In this document: piece by piece, positions 9,634 to 18,759 of the stretch
Position numbering within the stretch: the first letter of the stretch is position 1
How the letters are laid out: each line of letters starts with the position of its first letter
Assembly: GCA_045863335.1 (NCBI GenBank)
Contig: BTVY01000011.1
Location: 1 to 64,000 of the forward strand
DNA length: 64,000 nt
Reading direction: 5' to 3'
From: Candidatus Hydrogenedentota bacterium
GTDB lineage: Bacteria > Hydrogenedentota > Hydrogenedentia > Hydrogenedentales > SLHB01
Translations under genes and position numbers: made by a program
The notes under the pieces: generated by a model
The model's input: only the letters and a program-made list of their open reading frames with translations
What the model was told of the DNA's origin: nothing
Database searches by the model: none

Positions 9634-9738
9634 GGTGCTCCTTTCGCATCCGCTGAAATACACCAGGCACCTGCGCAGTCTATGGTCTTGAAGCCGATCC
9701 TTCAACCTTCGCCCCCGGCGTGGTATCGTGGTGGCACT

Positions 9739-10944
9739 ATGAATATGAACCTGGTACTTCGAAGCATCCCTTTAGCGTGCCTCTTGGTGACCCTCCACGC
9801 GCACCTCTCGGAGGCCGTTGTCATCGAGGGCGAGCCGTGGAATCGCCACACCATCGACGCGTCGTCCCAGGGCGCGGATGGCACGCGCCTCGCCGATGCC
9901 AACGGTGACGGCCATCCGGACATCGTGACCGGCTGGGAAGAGGGTGGCCGGATTCGCGCCTATCTCAACCCGGGACCGGAGAAGGTGAAGGACCCTTGGC
10001 CCGGTGTTACAGTCGGCACGGTCGAAAGCCCGGAGGACGCCGTATTCGTCGATCTCGATGGGGACGGCTTCCTGGATGTTGTGAGCAGTTGCGAAGGGCA
10101 AACGAAAACCGTCTTCGTCCACTGGGCGCCGGCCGATGCGGAATCGTATCTGGACCCCGGCGCTTGGTCGACGGAAATCGTCCCCGCAAGCGAATCGCTC
10201 CAGCGATGGATGTTCTGTTTGCCGGTACAGGTGAACGGAGTTCGCGGCATCGATCTGGTAGTGGGCTCCAAGAACGAGGGCGCCGCAGTCGGGTGGTTTG
10301 AGTCGCCCGAGAATCCCCGCGATCTTGCTGCGTGGGTGTGGCATCCACTGCAGCAGGCGGGATGGATTATGTCGCTGATCCCGGTGGACATGGACGGCGA
10401 TAGCGACAACGATATTCTGATTTCTGACCGGCGAGGAGACCGGCGCGGCGTGTATTGGCTGGAGCGCCCCGAGAGCGGGGACTCGGAGTGGGTCCGTCGC
10501 GATGTCGGCGGCGGGAATCACGAGATCATGTTTATCACCGCCGTACCCGCGGCATTCGGCGGGATCGAGACCGTGTACGCCTCGGTCTCGGATAAGTACT
10601 ATCTGAAGTTCGACCGAGAAACTGATCGCGCGGATGCGTGGACCGAAGCGGAGGTGCCCTTCCCCGAGCAAACCGGCACGGGTAAAGCGATCGCAGTAGG
10701 CGACATCGATCTCGACGGGATCGACGATCTCGTGCTTTCCTGCGAGAACGCAGAGGACGCGCACGGCGTATTCTGGTTGTCCGGACCGGAATCCGTGGAA
10801 GCCCGTGCCATCAGCGGCCTGGAAGGCACCAAGTACGACCTCGTCGTATTCCACGACATGGACGCCGACGGCGACCTCGATGTGCTCACCTGCGAGGAGC
10901 GCGAGAACCTCGGCGTCATTTGGTACGAGAACCCCGTCCGTTGA
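9739..10944 (+). CDS. Secreted FG-GAP/VCBS repeat protein
   Basis: Signal peptide; repeated DxDGDG.D motifs (DANGDGHPD, DLDGDGFLD, DMDGDSDND, DIDLDGIDD, DMDADGDLD); ends WYENP. Confidence 0.85.
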   Translation: MNMNLVLRSIPLACLLVTLHAHLSEAVVIEGEPWNRHTIDASSQGADGTRLADANGDGHPDIVTGWEEGGRIRAYLNPGPEKVKDPWPGVTVGTVESPEDAVFVDLDGDGFLDVVSSCEGQTKTVFVHWAPADAESYLDPGAWSTEIVPASESLQRWMFCLPVQVNGVRGIDLVVGSKNEGAAVGWFESPENPRDLAAWVWHPLQQAGWIMSLIPVDMDGDSDNDILISDRRGDRRGVYWLERPESGDSEWVRRDVGGGNHEIMFITAVPAAFGGIETVYASVSDKYYLKFDRETDRADAWTEAEVPFPEQTGTGKAIAVGDIDLDGIDDLVLSCENAEDAHGVFWLSGPESVEARAISGLEGTKYDLVVFHDMDADGDLDVLTCEERENLGVIWYENPVR

Positions 10945-10948
10945 GTCA

Positions 10949-11103
10949 CGTAGGGCGGGAATGATTCCCGCCCAGGAAGTTCTCCGGCGCTACGTCTCGC
11001 GCGAAACCTCAGGAGCTTGCACCAATGTTGCGTGCACTCCTTCGCTAATCTCGAACCAGCTTCTTCGAGAACGGGACCGGGCGGAAATCATTCCCGCCCT
11101 ACG
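10949..11103. repeat. GTAG-type REP doublet (REPIN-like)
   Basis: CGTAGGGCGGGAATGATTCCCGCCC (10949-10973) and inverted GGGCGGAAATCATTCCCGCCCTACG (11079-11103). Confidence 0.85.
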
Positions 11104-11192
11104 GGGCTCCCTGAATCTATTGATGCCGAACGGCCTGTTCTCTACACTGTCTCGGCAGGAAGTACCCGCTCACAACACACGAGGATCGCGCC

Positions 11193-12770
11193 ATGCTGTC
11201 GTCATGCATCATTCCACGACTCATCATACTTGCCACCCTGGTGCCCACCCTCGCTGCCGGCGCGCTCGACATCGGCGAGACAGCGGGTCCGGTTGCATTC
11301 GAGACGCTGGATGCTCACTCAAGGACGATGGACAACTACGGAGAACGCGTCGGGACGGTCGTTACGTTCCTTTCGTCACGCTGCGAGCGCACCGACAAGC
11401 TGATCCAGGACATCAGCGCGCTGTACGAGAAGTACCGTTATCGCGAGATACTGTTTGTGGGCGTATCGTCGAATCCCGCGGAATCCGGCGACGAACTGCG
11501 CACGTTCACGCAGAACAAAGGACTGCGCTTTCCGATCCATCGCGATTCGTCAGGCGCGGTCGCAAAACAGTTCGGCGCGACGGTCACGCCGGAGTTCTTT
11601 TTGCTCGACGATTCCGGCACGCTGGTGTATCACGGCGACCTGAACGGCCCATCTTATGAACCAGGCCTCGAATCGGCGATTCAGGCGCTTCTCGAAAAGA
11701 AGCCCGTGAGTAATCCGGCTACACCCGTTGCGGGAACGCCTATCGACCATCCGGGTCCCGCGCGGGAGATCCCCGATCCGTACGGAACAATCTCGTTCTC
11801 CTCGGAACTGATCTTCACCAAGATCCCCGACGTGGCGGTTCACCATTGCTCGACCGTTGCGGAAGCGCCAAACGGCGACATCCTCTGCCTGTGGTACGCC
11901 GGAAGTTACGAGTCCGCGGACGATCAAGCCCTGTATCTGTCACGCCAGACTCCCGGCGATCGAAACTGGACCGCGCCGGAAAGACTGGTTTGGAATCCCG
12001 CGCAACCGCCCGGCAACGCCGTCATTTTCCAAGGGCCTGACGACCGCATGTGGATTGTGTGGGGGCGGATGGAAGGCACTCGTCCGGTGCGACGCGGCGC
12101 GGGCTGGGGGCAATGCCGGCTCATGGCGCGTACGTCCGACGACAACGGTTACACGTGGACTGAGGACGTGGAGATCCCGGACAGCTTCGGCTGGTTGCCG
12201 CGCAACGTGCCGCTCACGCTGGACAACGGCACCCTGGCCTTGCCCATCAGCGGCGAGGCGGAAGACCGATACGGTTCGTTTCTCCTCTACCTGCAGGACG
12301 ACGGTAAGTCGTGGAAACCGGGGGGCTTCATTCGCGGAGGCGGCGGGCAGCCGACGGTCATTCAGCGCGACAACGGCGACTTGCTCTGCCTCATGCGCGA
12401 TCAGCCGCGGATTCCCATGAGCATTTCCACCGACCGTGGCTTGACGTGGTCCGATCCCGTGAGAACGGAACTGAAGAACCCCGACTCCGGCATCGCCATA
12501 ACAAAGCTCGCCAGCGGGCGCGTGCTGGTCGTATTCAACGACACGGACCAGTCGGATCGCACGCCGCTGTCGTTGATCCAGTCCTACGACGACGGCGAAA
12601 CCTGGAAAGACGTCCGCGTGCTCGAACAGGACTGGGGCGAGTTCTCCTACCCCAGCATCATCCAGGCGTCCGACGGCACGGTTCACGTGACCTATACCTA
12701 CCGCCGGTACTCCATCAAACACCTGGCCTTCGACGAAGGCTGGCTCACGCACCTGGAACGGCCCAATTAG
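11193..12770 (+). CDS. Secreted redoxin (AhpC/TSA-like) plus BNR/Asp-box sialidase-like fusion
   Basis: Signal peptide; redoxin motifs FVGVSSN, FGATVTPEFFLLD, LVYHG; Asp boxes SDDNGYTW, STDRGLTW, SYDDGETW; FSYPSII. Confidence 0.85.
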   Translation: MLSSCIIPRLIILATLVPTLAAGALDIGETAGPVAFETLDAHSRTMDNYGERVGTVVTFLSSRCERTDKLIQDISALYEKYRYREILFVGVSSNPAESGDELRTFTQNKGLRFPIHRDSSGAVAKQFGATVTPEFFLLDDSGTLVYHGDLNGPSYEPGLESAIQALLEKKPVSNPATPVAGTPIDHPGPAREIPDPYGTISFSSELIFTKIPDVAVHHCSTVAEAPNGDILCLWYAGSYESADDQALYLSRQTPGDRNWTAPERLVWNPAQPPGNAVIFQGPDDRMWIVWGRMEGTRPVRRGAGWGQCRLMARTSDDNGYTWTEDVEIPDSFGWLPRNVPLTLDNGTLALPISGEAEDRYGSFLLYLQDDGKSWKPGGFIRGGGGQPTVIQRDNGDLLCLMRDQPRIPMSISTDRGLTWSDPVRTELKNPDSGIAITKLASGRVLVVFNDTDQSDRTPLSLIQSYDDGETWKDVRVLEQDWGEFSYPSIIQASDGTVHVTYTYRRYSIKHLAFDEGWLTHLERPN

Positions 12771-12792
12771 AGCCGCTTCTTGCGCGTAACTT

Positions 12793-12819
12793 CTATGGAG
12801 TGAGAGAGCTTGCTCTCGC
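12793..12819 (+). repeat. Single REP-like palindrome (GGAGTG type), copy 1
   Basis: CTATGGAGTGAGAGAGCTTGCTCTCGC, near-identical to 17300-17325. Confidence 0.6.
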
Positions 12820-12866
12820 AAAAGACGGCTTTGTCTGTGTGCCGAAGCATACTTGTGCGCGTTCGC

Positions 12867-13676
12867 TTAGCGCGCGCCGTGCCGGTTCGTCTTCATCCAC
12901 TCCACGGCGAAATCAACCACCGCACGTTGCGGCATTAAGCGTATCGGCTTCAATCCGTACAGGTGCGACCGTACGAGATCCGTCTCCTGCTCGAATGCTT
13001 CCCCTATCTCGTTGAAATCCCCGTCATCGAGATTGATGTCGCGGAAGTGAGTCCAGCGGCGATGTCCGTCGACCACAATGGGCGAGGCATTCTCCACGAT
13101 GCGTTTTGACGGGAAGTCTGCCCGGTGCTCGGCAAGGTGAAGGGACGTGTTCCGGTCGTAGTCGACCCCGAGCAGCAATACGTACCCCGCGAGGTCGTAG
13201 ATTCGCGCCAGCGGCGAATGTTCGCCTAGGCCAAGATCGAGGCTGTGATTCGCCGTTATTTCCCGCGCGTGTCTCCCCCGCGCCGTAAAGGAAACCTGAG
13301 GATGATCGCTCCGCAGGACACCGCGCTCCTTCCGAAACGTCTCGGCCACTACACCCACGTTCCACGACGGCGTCAAGTCGAGATCGAAAGGCGGCATAGT
13401 TTCCCGAATGATGGGCCACCACGCTTCCGGTACCGGGGGATTTCGCCACTCCGATGGCTCAGACAAATCCCCCGAATGCGCTGGCATGACCAGCGTCCCT
13501 TCTGGACCCACCGCCCGTTCCAGCGCCAGGATCACGGCCACGGGTCCCCCGCAGACCCAACCGCCAAGTGAACTGAGCGAGGAATGGACGAGCAGGGTCA
13601 TGCCCGGCTCCACGCCGAGACGCTGGAGTAGTTCAAAGAGATCGTTGATAGTCGTCGGCAGGCGTCGCTTAGGCAC
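12867..13676 (-). CDS. AAC(3)/YokD-family N-acetyltransferase
   Basis: LLVHSSLS, GTLVMPAHS, RSDHPQVSF, LGEHSPL, LLLGV..NTSLHLAE. Confidence 0.9.
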   Translation of the reverse strand: MPKRRLPTTINDLFELLQRLGVEPGMTLLVHSSLSSLGGWVCGGPVAVILALERAVGPEGTLVMPAHSGDLSEPSEWRNPPVPEAWWPIIRETMPPFDLDLTPSWNVGVVAETFRKERGVLRSDHPQVSFTARGRHAREITANHSLDLGLGEHSPLARIYDLAGYVLLLGVDYDRNTSLHLAEHRADFPSKRIVENASPIVVDGHRRWTHFRDINLDDGDFNEIGEAFEQETDLVRSHLYGLKPIRLMPQRAVVDFAVEWMKTNRHGAR

Positions 13677-13710
13677 GGCGTCCTCCCTCCGCTACATGCG
13701 CCCCCGCGCG

Positions 13711-14649
13711 TTAGGAAGCCTCGTGTTCCTGTCGGATCGTCGTCAGCCGATCGACAAGCCGGTTCACATCGTCCTCAGTCATGTTCGTCTTGGTCTGATT
13801 CAGGATCTGTTTAAAGTAAGGCACTTCGACCGTCGGCTCCTGTGGAAAACCGATATTCCCGGTATCCGGCGCGTCAGAGGTGGCGATGATTTCCCCATCA
13901 CCGGTCAGAAAAGCGAACCAGGGAATGCCGCCGCTCTGTGCCGGGCGTAGCGCGCCGACCACCGCGTCCGCGCCAGGCATGCGCTCCGCATCGATCTTGG
14001 TGACGATGAAGTCCTTTTCGAGGATGGAGGCAATCTCCGGTTCGGTGATATAGGCATCCATTCGACGGCACCAGCCGCACCACGGCGCGCCGACCCGGAC
14101 AAACACCTTTTTGTTCTCGGCTTTTGCCCGGGCGATAGCGCCATCCAGCACGTCTTTGGCAGCGGCGGGTTCGGGCGCCCACTGTTCCAGAAAGGCCTCC
14201 ACCTTCTTGGGATCGTGCTTGGGCCCTTCCTCGAGCGCGCCGGTCTCCTGGTCCGTGAGCTTGTTTCCAGCCGGGTCCAGCACGGTCAGGTACGGGACGC
14301 CTTGCGGCTGGATTTGCCATTTGCCCAATACCGCCTTGTCCGCCTGGCTTTCAATCATGACGACCACGTAGTTCTCATGCAGCAGCGGACGCAGCGTGTC
14401 GTTCTCCGCGAGCACCTCGTGAAGCAGATGACACCAGCCGCACCAGTTGCCGCCCGTGATGAGCAAGACACGCTTGTGGTCGCGCTCTGCTTCCGTCATG
14501 GCACGTTCAACACGAGCCATGCCTTCCCCGTCTTCCGGGTAGATGGGTTTACGGCCCGATGCGGCACACGCTTGCCACGCAAGACTGCCCGCGATCAGGA
14601 ATACGATTGCGACTCGCAGCGCTTTACTACCGAATGTTCGACGGCTCAT
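13711..14649 (-). CDS. Exported protein with two thioredoxin-like domains
   Basis: Two WCGWC motifs, each followed by a G[VI]P cis-Pro loop; SRRTF leader plus hydrophobic stretch; GGAGGT RBS. Confidence 0.85.
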   Translation of the reverse strand: MSRRTFGSKALRVAIVFLIAGSLAWQACAASGRKPIYPEDGEGMARVERAMTEAERDHKRVLLITGGNWCGWCHLLHEVLAENDTLRPLLHENYVVVMIESQADKAVLGKWQIQPQGVPYLTVLDPAGNKLTDQETGALEEGPKHDPKKVEAFLEQWAPEPAAAKDVLDGAIARAKAENKKVFVRVGAPWCGWCRRMDAYITEPEIASILEKDFIVTKIDAERMPGADAVVGALRPAQSGGIPWFAFLTGDGEIIATSDAPDTGNIGFPQEPTVEVPYFKQILNQTKTNMTEDDVNRLVDRLTTIRQEHEAS

Positions 14650-14831
14650 GAACTCACCTCCGTTAGCGTTCGCGGTCCCAAGCAATCATGCGGCGCGTCC
14701 TAGAAGCCTATACCGATGTCTCAATTTCATCAAGGTGCACGAGCACGGTTGTTGGTGGTGCCCGACTGCGATTCGATGGAAGGTTGCTTCCCGGGAATGC
14801 GCTTAGCAAGGGTCAGCAGGAGGGAACGCAC

Positions 14832-14874
14832 AAAAACGAGGGGGGCCCGCATTGCCGAATGCGGACCCCCTTCC
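14832..14874 (-). terminator. Intrinsic terminator of the 14922-15329 gene
   Basis: Minus strand GGGGGTCCGCATT-CGGC-AATGCGGGCCCCC followed by GTTTTT. Confidence 0.75.
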
Positions 14875-14921
14875 CTGTGCCGCGCCACCGGTGTGCGTCT
14901 AGCACCGGTGACAGGGAAGCG

Positions 14922-15329
14922 CTAGGTGCCGTCCGATGCGGACGGCAAAAATGAAGCAACTTCCATGGCATGCCCCGCTCCGGGCGAGGCATTCCGCGCG
15001 TCTGGTATGCGTTTCCCAAGGTCGGCGCGGTGAAACAAGGACGGTGTTTGGAAATCGTTCTCCGCAATTTCTGCGGAGACAATCTTAGGCGCAAGCCCAC
15101 CCATCGCATCGTCACTCCCCGAAGAATGCGATGCGGCGAGACGCTGTGACTGAACTCCCGCAGGTAAAACCACGGTAGCCAACGGGAGCGGGAGGGATGC
15201 AGACACATCCGATTGCACCGCATCTTCCGGAGACACTACTGCCGGCGCCGTGGACTGGATCCCCCAGATACTGGCGGCCAGTGCAAGACACCCGACGAGC
15301 GCCGTCTCTATGCACAATCGAATTGCCAT
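14922..15329 (-). CDS. Hypothetical exported or membrane-anchored protein, 135 aa
   Basis: GGGAGG-rich RBS region, hydrophobic N-terminus, own terminator; no family recognised. Confidence 0.5.
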   Translation of the reverse strand: MAIRLCIETALVGCLALAASIWGIQSTAPAVVSPEDAVQSDVSASLPLPLATVVLPAGVQSQRLAASHSSGSDDAMGGLAPKIVSAEIAENDFQTPSLFHRADLGKRIPDARNASPGAGHAMEVASFLPSASDGT

Positions 15330-15581
15330 ATCCCGTCCCTCCCATTGTCCGAGCGGGATTAAAGGAGCAATCCCTATGCCCTGATCGATGGAGTAAGACC
15401 GCGCGATAAGGAATCCGGGCCATAGGCAGGTTAGATCATGGGGCGTGACAGGTTACGCGGATCCTCGATCCTCGACAAGAGATCCACCCTTCGGTCCTGT
15501 TGCCGAAGTTCAGTTGGGGCGCTGACGAAAACTTGTCGTAACGACGGATCTCTGTCAATAGCGATTGCGTTCACCGCCGAG

Positions 15582-16097
15582 TCAATTCAATAGTCGCAGG
15601 ATGGCGGCGACTACCTGTTCGTGGCTCTGCCCGGCGCATTCGACTTCCGCGTCGCGGTACCGGGCATAGAGCGGCATGCGTTCCGCGTAAAGGTCCGGGA
15701 GGCTCTGGCCGTCACTTCGCACGACGCCGCGCGCATTCAAGTCGCCGATCCGGGTTGCAAGAATATCGATGGGCAAGGACAGATGCACAAGCACGCCATC
15801 CGATCGAAGGTGCTCCATCGCCGCAGGGCTATAGACGACGCTGCCGCCGGTGGCGATCACATGCTCCCGGCAATCGAGCGTCAGGATATAGCGCTCCTCT
15901 AGCGCGCGAAACACGTTCATCCCTTCATCGCGGATAATCTCGCGCAGCCGCCGGCTCTCCTGGGATTGGATGAAGACATCCGTGTCGAGAAAGGAACGCG
16001 ACAGCTCCTTGGCAAGCAACACACCGATGGTGCTCTTGCCCACGCCGGGCATGCCGATGAGGACGAGATTTTTTCCGGCTAGATTGAACACGCTCAC
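15582..16097 (-). CDS. aroK: Shikimate kinase
   Basis: GMPGVGKSTIG Walker A, DTD, FRALE, VIATGGS, ERMPLY. Confidence 0.93.
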   Translation of the reverse strand: MSVFNLAGKNLVLIGMPGVGKSTIGVLLAKELSRSFLDTDVFIQSQESRRLREIIRDEGMNVFRALEERYILTLDCREHVIATGGSVVYSPAAMEHLRSDGVLVHLSLPIDILATRIGDLNARGVVRSDGQSLPDLYAERMPLYARYRDAEVECAGQSHEQVVAAILRLLN

Positions 16098-17287
16098 GAT
16101 CCCTCATCCATCGCGGCGGACTGCCGGAGGAACGCCTCCATGGGCGCTTCGTCCGGCGCCGCGTCGGGTGGCCATTCGCGAAGACACCATCGCACGACGA
16201 TCGCGCTCACGATCGCGAACGGAACTGCGCCGCCCACCGTCCACCACTTCGATGCCGCCCCCTCCAAAGCCCATACCGGAGCCGCGCCCAGCACGGCGTA
16301 GAATCCGGCCGCAAGCAGGAAGACAGGAATCACCAATCCCCATCGGCGCGCGGAAATTGCCATGAACGCGAGTCCGCTCACGGCCATCAGGCACAGGATC
16401 ACACACGCGAACTTCGCCGGTTCCACGAGCGGCAGCAGGGACGTCATCGTGGCGTCGTAGGCGAGTTGGAGCATCCACTTTCCGCTCTTGGGGCTACCGC
16501 CAAACAGCATGCCCGTGCCCAGAATCGTGACGAGCGCTGAGACCAGCGCCTCCGCCCCGCCCGCACCGACGCCAAGGGCAATCGCGTTTGGGGCAGTCTT
16601 TCGCGCGGCACGAAACAGAAGTCCCGCCACGAGAAACGTCGCCACCGCCGCAAGTCCCGACGCGGCCCCGACAATTCCTCCGTTGACGACAACGAACCGC
16701 GCATACGGCAGCGCGTCTTCGAGCTGGACGAGAACCGTGAAGTGAAGAATCAGCACTACCGCAAGCGTGAGCAGCGCGGCCACAACACGCAGCCCTGCCC
16801 CGGCGACAAACCATCGCCATTGCGCACCCGCGCCAAAACGCCATCCGATCAGGAACGCCAGCCCCACCAATCCAAGCAGGGGCCCTGCGAAGGCGATGCT
16901 CTTCAACTGCGCCGCCTCCGGCACCTCCGCGACCCGCAGGCGCCAATCGCCTAAGGCATTTTCCAAATCCACCTGAATCTGGTAATCGCCCGCTGTTTCC
17001 AGTGGCCCGAGCGGCGCGAGTTCCTGGCTGACCCGGTCTCCCCAAAGGTGCCGGTACACTTCGGCCCCGCCCGGATCGACGATCCGCAGCGATCCCGAAC
17101 CTTCGCGCAACACCGCCTGCACATCGATAGCGTGATGCGCCTCGGGCTGATCGATGCGCAAGGGAAACGTCGCAGCGTTCGACACCGGCGCCGGCCCAAG
17201 TGACTGCTCATACTCTGCGACCACGCCCGCCCGTGCCGCACAGGCCCCGAGCAAGACGGCCAATGCAACGCGAGAAATCCGCGACAT
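16094..17287 (-). CDS. Membrane protein: extracytoplasmic N-domain plus YhfC/PrsW-like multi-TM domain with degenerate catalytic motifs
   Basis: Signal peptide, about 110-aa beta domain, about 7 TM segments, AIALGVGAGGAEA resembling YhfC GxGHGGxEA; overlaps aroK start by 4 bp. Confidence 0.6.
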   Translation of the reverse strand: MSRISRVALAVLLGACAARAGVVAEYEQSLGPAPVSNAATFPLRIDQPEAHHAIDVQAVLREGSGSLRIVDPGGAEVYRHLWGDRVSQELAPLGPLETAGDYQIQVDLENALGDWRLRVAEVPEAAQLKSIAFAGPLLGLVGLAFLIGWRFGAGAQWRWFVAGAGLRVVAALLTLAVVLILHFTVLVQLEDALPYARFVVVNGGIVGAASGLAAVATFLVAGLLFRAARKTAPNAIALGVGAGGAEALVSALVTILGTGMLFGGSPKSGKWMLQLAYDATMTSLLPLVEPAKFACVILCLMAVSGLAFMAISARRWGLVIPVFLLAAGFYAVLGAAPVWALEGAASKWWTVGGAVPFAIVSAIVVRWCLREWPPDAAPDEAPMEAFLRQSAAMDEGS

Positions 17288-17299
17288 GAAATTCATCCC

Positions 17300-17325
17300 C
17301 TATGGAGTGCGAGGGCTTGCCTCGC
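17300..17325 (+). repeat. Single REP-like palindrome (GGAGTG type), copy 2
   Basis: CTATGGAGTGCGAGGGCTTGCCTCGC. Confidence 0.6.
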
Positions 17326-17508
17326 TCCGATACCAACAGACCTGCCTGTGGCCGGAAGCATACCACGGCAACGGCATTAGCTATGAGCGATATCGGCACG
17401 TCACACTATTGCTTGAGACAAACCCTTCAATTCCACACTTCACTCTCCGCCCCGGATCAGGGATAATCGCTCAGCGTCATCATCCGGTCATCTGCAAAGG
17501 ACAAACTC

Positions 17509-18708
17509 ATGATTTCTGATTTTACGTTTCGCGCATCCGCAATCCTCATATTCGTTTCGGCACTCGCCATTGGCCAACCCGGGATCGAGCGCATCGATTC
17601 CAACGCAGATACCGGCGCCGCGAAAGCGGTGGTCCTCACCGGTCCCGCGCCGCTGGTGCACACGGCGATGATTCTACCTGTGGACGAATCCGGCCAGCTC
17701 GTGGGCCCGGACAACGCGAACGAACAGACTGCGCGCGTGCTTGAGAATCTTCGTCGCGTGCTGGACGCGTCTGCTTCAGGTTTCGATCGCGTGGCCCGCA
17801 TCAACGTATATGCCGCAAATGATGAAGTAGTACCGGCCGTCGAGTCCGCATGCGCGGAGACGTTCGCAGAAAACGCGCCGGCTGTCACCTGCGTCGTCGG
17901 CGAACTGGCGCTTCCGGGCGCGTTGGTGGCGATGGACGCAATCGCGGTTGCTGAGGCAGGTCGCGAGAGCGGTGTGGATGTCGAGGGTCTGTTTAGTCGT
18001 CCCCGCCGGGAGCACGCCTCCGTCCTTCCTGCGGGCCGCGCCGTCTACATATCCGGTCAAGCGGAGCCGGGGGAGACGGTGGCGGAGGCAACCCGGAACA
18101 CCATGGAAAGCCTCCGCGCCACGCTGGAATGGATGGGGCTCGACTTGGGCCATGTCGTGCATGTGAAGACCTTCATGAAACCTATGGCCGGAGTGGGGGA
18201 GGTAGACGACACGCTGGACGCGTTTTTCAGCGACGATACCGTTCCGCCAATCACGCACGTGGAGTGGACCAACAACACGCTCATTGAAATCGAGCTGATC
18301 GCCGCCGCGCCCGAAGGCACCGCGACGCAAGCCGAAGGGCCGGTCAGCTATCTCACGCCTCCCGGCATGACCGAGTCGCCCGTGTTCTGCCGCGTAACCG
18401 TCATCGACAGCGACCGGCGCATCTACATATCCAGATTGACCGGCGACGACACAACATCCCCCGAAACGGAAGTGCGCAGTCTCTACGCCGAACTCGATCG
18501 CATCCTGCAAGCCGCCGGCAGCGACATGCATCACCTGGTCAAAGCCACCTACTACTGCGCCACCGACGCCACCAGCGCCGCGCTCAACCAGGTCCGCCCC
18601 GACTTCTACGATCCCAAGCGCCCGCCCGCGGCCTCCAAAGCCCTCGTACGGGGGACGGGTGTGCCGGGCAAAGGGATTACAGTGGACATAATCGCCGTCG
18701 CGAACTAG
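17509..18708 (+). CDS. Secreted protein with three tandem RidA/YjgF/UK114 domains
   Basis: Signal peptide; three repeats: EQTARVLENL..VARINVY..VAMDAIA; YISGQ..VVHVKTF..IEIELIA; YISRL..LVKATYY..ITVDIIAV. Confidence 0.85.
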   Translation: MISDFTFRASAILIFVSALAIGQPGIERIDSNADTGAAKAVVLTGPAPLVHTAMILPVDESGQLVGPDNANEQTARVLENLRRVLDASASGFDRVARINVYAANDEVVPAVESACAETFAENAPAVTCVVGELALPGALVAMDAIAVAEAGRESGVDVEGLFSRPRREHASVLPAGRAVYISGQAEPGETVAEATRNTMESLRATLEWMGLDLGHVVHVKTFMKPMAGVGEVDDTLDAFFSDDTVPPITHVEWTNNTLIEIELIAAAPEGTATQAEGPVSYLTPPGMTESPVFCRVTVIDSDRRIYISRLTGDDTTSPETEVRSLYAELDRILQAAGSDMHHLVKATYYCATDATSAALNQVRPDFYDPKRPPAASKALVRGTGVPGKGITVDIIAVAN

Positions 18709-18759
18709 TGTCCAATCCCTTGGAATGCCGGCGCAAACCGATCGTGTCGAGACCACCCT

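Noticed and set aside
8437-9738. N-terminal 434 aa of the 835-aa ORF 8437..10944
   Set aside because: Antisense shadow of the flavoprotein gene; the real FG-GAP protein starts near 9739 with a signal peptide
15440-15460. GGGGCGTGACAGGTT as a tmRNA 5' end
   Set aside because: Lacks the following TTCGAC and any tRNA-like 3' end
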